40,314 nt of DNA from an uncultured Bacillales bacterium. GTDB lineage: Bacteria > Bacillota_I > Bacilli_A > RFN20 > CAG-826. The DNA is taken from NCBI GenBank assembly GCA_946625055.1, contig CAMOSS010000002.1, positions 1 to 40,314 on the forward strand. The letters run 5' to 3'. A program made the translations under genes and the position numbers. The notes under the pieces were generated by a model. It saw only the letters and a list, made by a program, of their open reading frames with translations. It was not told the origin of the DNA and did not search any database. Below, piece after piece: positions 27,945 through 34,756 of this stretch (position 1 is the stretch's first letter; each line of letters starts with the position of its first letter).

Positions 27945-28475
27945 ATGAAAAAGACAATTGAAGTAAACGAAAACACAACCGAAGAAAAAGAAAAAAGAAA
28001 GGCAGTAGCGTTAAGAAATCAAATCGAATGGATAAAAAGGCAACTTGATTATCTCAATTTCTCAAAAGATTACAATTTGAGGCTAGATATCAAGAAGGGA
28101 GAGATCTATGAATTCGATTGGGGCATCAATGTGAACGCCGAATTTTCCAATCGACATTATGGAGTTGTGTTAAAAGACTCAAGCGCAATAAACCCATTAG
28201 TCTTGGTTTGCCCATTGAAGACTAAAAAGAAAACAATGAACACTTGGCCAAGCATGGATCTAGGAATTATCGATTGCTTGAATACAGAAAAAGAGACTCT
28301 AGCAATAGTGAACCAAACACGTTCAATAGATAAGTTAAGATTGTTTTCAAGAAGTATAATTGGTAATACAGATAATCTAAACGATAATCCACCAAGATTA
28401 ACAGAAGAATTAACTAATGAAATTTTAACTACATATATTAAGTATATAAGTGGCGTAACCATAAAAATTCTGTAA
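27945..28475 (+). CDS. MazF/PemK-superfamily protein with an N-terminal extension (putative endoribonuclease toxin)
   Basis: KKGEIYEFDWGINVNAEFSNRHYGVVL...NPLVLVCPLKTKK...ETLAIVNQTRSIDKLRL aligns by eye to B. subtilis MazF ([26 protein letters not shown]...AIVAAITAQ...DSVILLEQIRTIDKQRL). SD GGAG precedes the ATG at 27945. The track start at 27933 has no SD. Confidence 0.7.
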   Translation: MKKTIEVNENTTEEKEKRKAVALRNQIEWIKRQLDYLNFSKDYNLRLDIKKGEIYEFDWGINVNAEFSNRHYGVVLKDSSAINPLVLVCPLKTKKKTMNTWPSMDLGIIDCLNTEKETLAIVNQTRSIDKLRLFSRSIIGNTDNLNDNPPRLTEELTNEILTTYIKYISGVTIKIL

Positions 28476-28500
28476 AATAGCGGATGAAGTGCTAAAAATA

Positions 28501-28533
28501 TTAGTACTTTGTTAGTAGTTTTTTAGTAACTTG
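28501..28533 (+). repeat. Three perfect TTAGTA hexamers at an exact 11-bp period
   Basis: TTAGTActttg TTAGTAgtttt TTAGTAacttg, with hexamers at 28501, 28512 and 28523. An inverted copy TACTAA is at 28554-28559. Confidence 0.8.
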
Positions 28534-28564
28534 AATATGTGGGAAAGTCTACTTACTAACTGTG

Positions 28565-28602
28565 GGAATACGGACGAAATATCAGTATCGTATTCCTTTT
28601 TT
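28565..28602 (+). terminator. Rho-independent terminator of the island transcript
   Basis: ggaatacg / cgtattcc 8-bp stem with a 16-nt loop, followed by TTTTTTATT. Confidence 0.7.
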
Positions 28603-28746
28603 ATTAGATTAAATCTTATTTATTTAGTTATTAGTTTACATAATGACTATTATGCGAAGTTATCTATGTTTTAAAAAATGAGTGGGAAATGTGGAATCTA
28701 TTACTTCTACTCCAAACTGTCATTTCTGCGATCCTCAAAAAATAAA

Positions 28747-28779
28747 AGATAACCTATTGCTGTTTATATCAGGTTATCT
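28747..28779. terminator. Terminator hairpin downstream of nadD-yqeK (strong on minus, weak on plus)
   Basis: agataacct / aggttatct 9-bp stem. The A-run 28735-28746 gives a U-tract on the minus strand. The plus side is followed by atatttta. Confidence 0.7.
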
Positions 28780-28835
28780 ATATTTTAGGCCAATTTCTGA
28801 TGAATGTGAATTTATATTTTTAATTTAATAAACTA

Positions 28836-29924
28836 TTATTTGTGGGATAAATAATTATCGAAACATTTCTTGGTTAATCTGTTGTTTATGTCTTTTCTAT
28901 TGCCTTCAAGGAATTCTTTGTTGGCTTGAAGCACTATGACGAACCCTTCTTCGTCATTTTGAAGGCAAGAATTAATCAAATCTGTGGAATCAAAGCCTCT
29001 TGTTGGCTCAATTTTATCTGCTGCATAGATTATTTTTGCTAGTCTGGACATTGGATAGTTCCCTGTAGCGTGATATTTAATTGCTTCCACTATGTCTTCT
29101 CCCATTCCGAACTCTTCTTTTGCAATATATGATCCGATAAATTGGTGATAGCTAAACGCTGGCAAATCAGCATACTCACTAAAGTGAGTATTCATTAATT
29201 CTTTGCTTTTCTCTTTTTCCACTTCTTTTCCTATGTCATGAAGTAAACCAGCATAAAAAGCTTTTAAAGGATGTTCCATATTGTTAGAAAGAGCAATTCT
29301 AAAGGCTAGCAAAGCCACTTGTTTGGAATGTTCATATCTATTCTTAGACAATCTTCCTTTAATAGCCTCAAGCATGTATAAATCATTCGCTGCGATGTAC
29401 TCAACTAAAGAATATGGGAGATAGTCATTTGCCTTCATTGATTTAAAATCAGACGAAGAAACATAAATGTCTTCTCCTTTGATCTCTCTCATGTGATATT
29501 TAGTGATATTTTCATTATTATCATCAAAATCTTCTCTTGAGTAATATACGATTTGAATCAAATTAGCGATTTCATCAGCGTTTTTCCATAAATGGAAATC
29601 TCTAACTTGATCTCCTCCAATTAAAAGATAAAGTTCATCATTGGGATATTCTTTTTTGAAATGCTTAACTGTATCGATTGAGTAATTCTTTTCTTTGTTT
29701 GTCGTGCTTTCATATAAAGAAAGTGAGAATCTTGGATAATCTTTGATAAGGAGATTAATCATCTCAACTTTTTGATTAAAGCTGACACTCGTGTCTTTCC
29801 AGACAGAAATAACTGCAGGAACAAAAATAACATCAGCGTCCAGTTGTTCTGAAGCCGCTGAAGCCATTTTTATGTGCCCAAGATGAATTGGGTCGAATGC
29901 CCCGCCAAATATTATTTTTCTCAT
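28836..29924 (-). CDS. nadD: Fused nicotinate-nucleotide adenylyltransferase NadD and HD-domain YqeK (Ap4A hydrolase family)
   Basis: N-terminal GGAFDPIHLGH nucleotidyltransferase motif. The C-terminal half carries the HD motif HS...GLLHDIGK...KYHA. ATGA overlap with the yhbY stop. Confidence 0.88.
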   Translation of the reverse strand: MRKIIFGGAFDPIHLGHIKMASAASEQLDADVIFVPAVISVWKDTSVSFNQKVEMINLLIKDYPRFSLSLYESTTNKEKNYSIDTVKHFKKEYPNDELYLLIGGDQVRDFHLWKNADEIANLIQIVYYSREDFDDNNENITKYHMREIKGEDIYVSSSDFKSMKANDYLPYSLVEYIAANDLYMLEAIKGRLSKNRYEHSKQVALLAFRIALSNNMEHPLKAFYAGLLHDIGKEVEKEKSKELMNTHFSEYADLPAFSYHQFIGSYIAKEEFGMGEDIVEAIKYHATGNYPMSRLAKIIYAADKIEPTRGFDSTDLINSCLQNDEEGFVIVLQANKEFLEGNRKDINNRLTKKCFDNYLSHK

Positions 29925-30214
29925 TTAACAAGTTTGATTTTGTTGTTCTCTTTGTTTATTTTAAACAAAAGGATGGTTCTTCCAACAACACTGACGATGT
30001 CAGCATTTAAATTAGAAGATAAATCAAGAGCAACTTCCATCACCGGTGTATCCACTGCTTTCATGACATCAATTTTGATGAGTTCATGAGCAACAATGGC
30101 CTTTTCAAGCATATCTAAAAGAGTAGGTGTCAAACCATTCTTTCCAACTTGATATTTATTGGTGAGCTTTGCTCCTAATGTTTTTAATTGTCTTTTTTGA
30201 TTATTGTTCAACAT
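29921..30214 (-). CDS. yhbY: RNA-binding CRM-domain protein YhbY/YqeI
   Basis: MLNNNQKRQLKTLGAKL...QVGKNGLT...ELIKIDV matches the YhbY pattern. The ATG at 30214 sits 1 nt after the yqeH stop. The track start at 30235 is a TTG. Confidence 0.85.
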   Translation of the reverse strand: MLNNNQKRQLKTLGAKLTNKYQVGKNGLTPTLLDMLEKAIVAHELIKIDVMKAVDTPVMEVALDLSSNLNADIVSVVGRTILLFKINKENNKIKLVK

Positions 30215-30215
30215 A

Positions 30216-31364
30216 TTATTTTTTGACCTTTGCAAGTGTTTCCTTGATGGCTACTCCCTTAGGAATGGTGATACGAATCGTTTGTCCCTCACCTTTAAAG
30301 GAAATCCATCCAAGACCTTCAACTGCGATGTCATGGAGTAATCCATCTCTTTCCATGGCATATTCAAATACTTCATAGTCATGGAATGACATGAATCTCT
30401 TGGATGTTGGTTTATTAGCCTTGGTGTCATTGTTTTTGAGTAAGAAAGCATCAAGATTCTCATATTTAATCTTTTTGACGTCAACTTTCTCAGAGACAAA
30501 GATAGAATATTTGCTTGGTCTACCTTTTACGACGCTGTAGGCGGCCAAACCACCTAAGACTATACTTTCGCCTAGATCAACAGTGAAACGGTGCATAGAA
30601 GCGCTCTTTTTAGGGACTATGCACTTCTTAACATCATTTTCGACCTTACCGACGACAGAGATATCTAAATCAAATCCTGGTAAGTCATACATATTGGATG
30701 AATTTGAAAGAGGGATTGTGAAAACTTCAATATTTGTTTTTGGATAATTTCTAACTCTAACAGAACGTCTTGTTGGGTTCTTATAGACTTTTAATATTCT
30801 ATTAAGGAGTGTGGATTTACCAGCACCGGTATAACCAATAACAAAGACATCGCGTCCTTCTGAGTTACGGATGCATGTATCAAGGATTTCAGCATATTGT
30901 TTTTCTTCTTTTCCACCAACAGCCTTCACATAAACAGGGTCAATGCCAGCTTCAAGGAAACAATATCTGACATATTTTTCGAGGTGTTTTTCGGTTGTAT
31001 ATTTAGCAAGCAAATCTTTCTTAGTAGCGATGACGGCCACTCTAAGATTTTGAATCTTATTTACAACACTCTTTTTAAGAGTGCCATTAAAGGTGAATGT
31101 ATCAACAACCCAAACAACCATGGCATCTGTTGCCACAGCATCATCAAGAATATGCATGATATCTTCATCAATGTTATGGTTTAATTCACCACTATTGATG
31201 TCTTTGAACATGTCAAAACATGTTTGACAGTACAAAACACTATCTTCAACTCTTGATTGATTTGTTAATAATTCTTCTGGACAATATCCTTTCATATTAG
31301 GATCTGTGTCTTGAAGGATTGCTCCGCAATGGAAACAACGTGCTACTCTTTTAACTTTGGCCAT
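30216..31364 (-). CDS. yqeH: Ribosome biogenesis GTPase YqeH
   Basis: N-terminal CxxC...CxxC zinc finger, a circularly permuted GTPase (TKKDL ... GYTGAGKST), and position between yqeG and yhbY. The ATG at 31364 follows SD GGGGTGA. Confidence 0.88.
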   Translation of the reverse strand: MAKVKRVARCFHCGAILQDTDPNMKGYCPEELLTNQSRVEDSVLYCQTCFDMFKDINSGELNHNIDEDIMHILDDAVATDAMVVWVVDTFTFNGTLKKSVVNKIQNLRVAVIATKKDLLAKYTTEKHLEKYVRYCFLEAGIDPVYVKAVGGKEEKQYAEILDTCIRNSEGRDVFVIGYTGAGKSTLLNRILKVYKNPTRRSVRVRNYPKTNIEVFTIPLSNSSNMYDLPGFDLDISVVGKVENDVKKCIVPKKSASMHRFTVDLGESIVLGGLAAYSVVKGRPSKYSIFVSEKVDVKKIKYENLDAFLLKNNDTKANKPTSKRFMSFHDYEVFEYAMERDGLLHDIAVEGLGWISFKGEGQTIRITIPKGVAIKETLAKVKK

Positions 31365-31884
31365 AAATTTCACCCCACTCTTTAAATTTGTGCTTTTTCA
31401 TGCAATGTTTGCGATAAGGTCTTTCAAAGAAACGATTTATATGTGTTGTCCACTGATCTTCTTTGACAATCTTATCTGTTAAGATAGATTTCAACTTTGC
31501 CCCGTTAGCGCATCTGATGTCTGTGATCATCTGATCACCAACCATAATGACTTCATCAGGATTGATGTTTCTCTCTTTAATAAAAGCTTTTAGCTTTCTA
31601 GAGAACGGTTTTCCCATTGAGTGAGTCCACTCAACACCTAATCTTTCGGAATAAGCTTTAACTCTTTGTCCAGTATTATTAGAAATAATAATAGTTGTGA
31701 CTCCAATATCCTTTAAAGCTTTCACCAAATCTTTTGCTCTTTGCGATGGATCATAACAACGATAACTATCTAGAGTATTATCCAAATCTGTGAAGAGATA
31801 TTTGATATTTAATTTCTTAAAGAAATTGATATCGATATCATAGATGCTTGTCGCATGGCAAAATGGATGAAACTTCCTTAACAT
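31351..31884 (-). CDS. yqeG: YqeG-family HAD phosphatase
   Basis: DLDNTL motif I, ISNN motif II, GDQMITD motif IV. First gene of the yqeG-yqeH cluster, as in Bacillus. Confidence 0.88.
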   Translation of the reverse strand: MLRKFHPFCHATSIYDIDINFFKKLNIKYLFTDLDNTLDSYRCYDPSQRAKDLVKALKDIGVTTIIISNNTGQRVKAYSERLGVEWTHSMGKPFSRKLKAFIKERNINPDEVIMVGDQMITDIRCANGAKLKSILTDKIVKEDQWTTHINRFFERPYRKHCMKKHKFKEWGEIYGQS

Positions 31885-31899
31885 AATTTAATTATAGCA
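31885..31899 (-). promoter_or_regulatory. Extended -10 promoter (TGcTATAAT) placed 6 nt before the yqeG ATG
   Basis: The minus strand reads TGC TATAAT taaatt ATG. No SD is present. Confidence 0.5.
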
Positions 31900-31975
31900 T
31901 TTATAAATCGACCTTATTATATTTTTCTAATCAAAACTTGTTTTTAATTAGAAGAAACCAATAAAAAGGGATATA

Positions 31976-32009
31976 GAAAAACGGTTCCAAGATTGCCCTT
32001 AAAACCGTT
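31976..32009 (-). terminator. Rho-independent terminator after parC
   Basis: On the minus strand, aacggtt / aaccgtt 7-bp stem with a 16-nt loop, followed by TTTTTCTAT. Confidence 0.65.
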
Positions 32010-32011
32010 AT

Positions 32012-32044
32012 ATATCTACTAAATATCTACTAATTATTGACTAA
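32012..32044 (-). repeat. Three 11-bp tandem units carrying TTAGTA (minus-strand sense), beginning at the parC stop codon
   Basis: The plus strand reads atatcTACTAA atatcTACTAA ttattgACTAA. The first two 11-mers are identical. On the minus strand this is TTAGTC-N5-TTAGTA-N5-TTAGTA, and the parC TAG stop lies inside the first unit. Confidence 0.8.
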
Positions 32045-34755
32045 TCGTCGTCTAATCCTTCAAAAATTGATATTTGCTCAAAGCTTGATTCATCTTCTTG
32101 CTTTTTCTCAACTTTCGGAGTTTTCTTAGGAGCTTCAGAGATCTCTTCTTCAGGTTCTGCCACTAATTCAATAGATTCTTCCGCTGCCTCGATTGGCTCG
32201 TTGTTATCATTAAGGATAACATCATCAGTTTCAGCTTCTTCGGATTTGTCTTCAATCTCTGGATGTTCAATAACGATAACTTTTGTGTTCTTGTCGATGA
32301 CTTCCATTTCGTCATCAATGATGCTTCTAACAAGTAACTTGTTAGGAATCTTAATGTTTTTCTTAGCATTAATCGCTTCTGTTAATGTGAAATCATTAAC
32401 TTCAAGCGCGTACACGCTTTCATCTGATAAATAAAGATTCAATGATAATGATTCAACACGATATGGAATCTTCTTCGCCCCAATCAAGTTATGTGGATCG
32501 TTCTTGAAGCATGAGAAGGCAGTTTGAACTTTGCCTAGTCTTGCTGTTTTATTTATCTTCTCTATTGAGAAGATTCTTTGGCAGCCTTTATCGGTGATAA
32601 GGACAACTTTGCCTCTTTCATCATCGAGGAATGGTAACATAGTTACCACGTGTTGCTTTTTGAGCTGTCCAATTGATTTAACACCGCCAGCTTTTAATCC
32701 CACTGGAGTGATATCGTTTTCGTTGAATAATGAGCAGTTACCGCCGCTTGTTAAGACTAAGATATCACTGTTACCGCTGAAGATTTCAACAGCTGCAACT
32801 TCATCGCCAGAAAGGAGCTTCATGCATTTCACTGGTCTCGAATGACGTAGGACGTCAAACTGTGATAATTCAGTACGTTTAATCTGTCCATATTTAGAAA
32901 CAAAGCCAATATAAACGTTCTTTTTAAACTCTTTAACAACGATGGCTTTAATAATCTTTTCGCCACTGCTAATTGTGACAAATTGATTGATGTGTGTACC
33001 TTCTTCTTTCCATTTGTTTTCTGTTAAAACATAAACAGGTAAACAGATATAGTTACCTATATTTGTAAAACAAATAAGGTAATCAGTGGTCATCGCACTG
33101 CCTTTTGCCACTAAAATATCGCCAGCTTTTAAGCCTGGTAATGATTCGTTAGAACCCTTGAATGATTTGATGGAGCTTCTCTTCAAATAGCCATCACGAG
33201 AGACAGCAACCATGACTTCTTCTTTGGCGATTAAGTCACGTTTTGTATATGAGATGCCTTCACCTTTTTCAACAATCAATGTTCTTCTATCATCGCCATA
33301 TTTTTCAGCGATACCTTTAAGATCTTTAATCAAAACTCTATTGAGTTTATTCTCATCATTTAAGATTTCTGTAAGTCTTTGGATGTCCTTTTCTAATGAG
33401 GCTTTTTCTTGCTCTAAAATAAGTTCATCAGTGTGGCTTAACTTATATAAAGGCATCATTACGATGGCTTCGGCTTGTTCATTGCTTAATTCAAATCTCT
33501 TCATTAAATTGACTTTGGAATCATTTTTGTCCTTTGATTTCTTAATGATGTCAACGACTTCATTAATATTCATAGAGGCAGTGATTAAGCCATTAACAAT
33601 ATGTAATCTTTGAGTGAATTTATCGAGATCAAACTTGGATTCTCTAGTAACGACATCGACTTGGTGCTCAATATAAGCATCGATGAAATCTAATAAATTA
33701 AGTGTTTTTGGTCTTCCGTTAACAATGGCGACCATATTAGCAGAATATGAACCTTGTAATGAAGTATTCTTCATTAAATAGGCGAGAATTAGATCTGCTT
33801 TTGCGTCTTTTTTAAGGTCAACAACGATACGAATTCCCTTATAATCAGATTCATCTCTTACTTCTAAGATGCCATCAATGGCTTTTGCGTGTCTAATTTT
33901 GTCTATTTCATAGACAAGTGAAATTTTCACCACTTTATAAGGCACTTCTGTGATGATAATCTGTTGAGAATCCTTATTTGAGACAATTTCAGTTTTAGCT
34001 GCAATTTCGATTCTTCCACGACCTGTATTGTAGATATTATCAAGGCCTTCGCTTTGATAAATAACACCACCTGTTGGGAAATCTGGACCTAACACAAATT
34101 GCCTTAAATCCTCTACTGTCGCATTCTTGTGTTGAATACGATAAATAACAGCGTCAATAACTTCTCTAAGGTTATGAGGTGGGATTTCTGTTGCTAAAGC
34201 AACAGCAATACCTTCACTACCGTTAACTAACAAGTTAGGGAATCTTGCTGGTAAGACTACTGGTTCAAGCTCGGTATCATCGAAGTTGAGTTGCATATCA
34301 ACTGTATTTTTATCGATACCACGAACCATTTCATTTGATAACATCGCTAAACGAGATTCGGTATAACGATAAGCAGCTGGAGCATCACCATCAATTGAAC
34401 CATTATTACCTTGAAAGTCGATTAATGGGTATCTTAATTTCCAGTCTTGAGACATTCTCGCCAAAGCATCATAAATAGATGTATCACCATGAGGGTGATA
34501 AGTACCCATAACAGCACCAACGGTGTGAGCACACTTTCTGGTTGGATGGTTGATGGTATTGTTGTTTTTATACATAGAGAAGATAATTCTTCTCTGAACT
34601 GGTTTCATACCATCTCTAACATCTGGAATAGCTCTGTCTTGAATGACATATTTAGCATAGATCGCGTAGCGATCTCCCATAACTTCTTCAAGAGGTTGAG
34701 TTGAGATATTTTCTTCAAAAAGTTCGATAGGTTCTTCTATTTTCTTTTTTGCCAT
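32041..34755 (-). CDS. parC: DNA topoisomerase IV subunit A with a long acidic C-terminal tail
   Basis: GDRYAIYAKYVIQDRAIPDVRDGMKPVQRRI has the ParC-type VQRR rather than the GyrA-type VHRR. YHPHGD and AAYRYTESRL (active-site Tyr) are present. Paired with parE and adjacent to plsY, as in Bacillus. Confidence 0.85.
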   Translation of the reverse strand: MAKKKIEEPIELFEENISTQPLEEVMGDRYAIYAKYVIQDRAIPDVRDGMKPVQRRIIFSMYKNNNTINHPTRKCAHTVGAVMGTYHPHGDTSIYDALARMSQDWKLRYPLIDFQGNNGSIDGDAPAAYRYTESRLAMLSNEMVRGIDKNTVDMQLNFDDTELEPVVLPARFPNLLVNGSEGIAVALATEIPPHNLREVIDAVIYRIQHKNATVEDLRQFVLGPDFPTGGVIYQSEGLDNIYNTGRGRIEIAAKTEIVSNKDSQQIIITEVPYKVVKISLVYEIDKIRHAKAIDGILEVRDESDYKGIRIVVDLKKDAKADLILAYLMKNTSLQGSYSANMVAIVNGRPKTLNLLDFIDAYIEHQVDVVTRESKFDLDKFTQRLHIVNGLITASMNINEVVDIIKKSKDKNDSKVNLMKRFELSNEQAEAIVMMPLYKLSHTDELILEQEKASLEKDIQRLTEILNDENKLNRVLIKDLKGIAEKYGDDRRTLIVEKGEGISYTKRDLIAKEEVMVAVSRDGYLKRSSIKSFKGSNESLPGLKAGDILVAKGSAMTTDYLICFTNIGNYICLPVYVLTENKWKEEGTHINQFVTISSGEKIIKAIVVKEFKKNVYIGFVSKYGQIKRTELSQFDVLRHSRPVKCMKLLSGDEVAAVEIFSGNSDILVLTSGGNCSLFNENDITPVGLKAGGVKSIGQLKKQHVVTMLPFLDDERGKVVLITDKGCQRIFSIEKINKTARLGKVQTAFSCFKNDPHNLIGAKKIPYRVESLSLNLYLSDESVYALEVNDFTLTEAINAKKNIKIPNKLLVRSIIDDEMEVIDKNTKVIVIEHPEIEDKSEEAETDDVILNDNNEPIEAAEESIELVAEPEEEISEAPKKTPKVEKKQEDESSFEQISIFEGLDDD

Positions 34756-34756
34756 A

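Noticed and set aside
28157-28462. A 101-aa minus-strand ORF inside the MazF-like gene, considered as a possible antisense-encoded antitoxin.
   Set aside because: It is fully nested antisense to a frame with clear PemK/MazF similarity. It has no SD or start context, and its composition is typical of an antisense artefact. It cannot be excluded without expression data.
32012-32044. Replication-terminator (RTP/Ter-like) interpretation of the ACTAA/TACTAAAT repeats.
   Set aside because: The resemblance to the B. subtilis Ter consensus, recalled from memory, is limited to ACTAA cores. The spacing here is 11 bp rather than about 16 bp. The same motif also occurs at four scattered gene ends in both chromosomal orientations.
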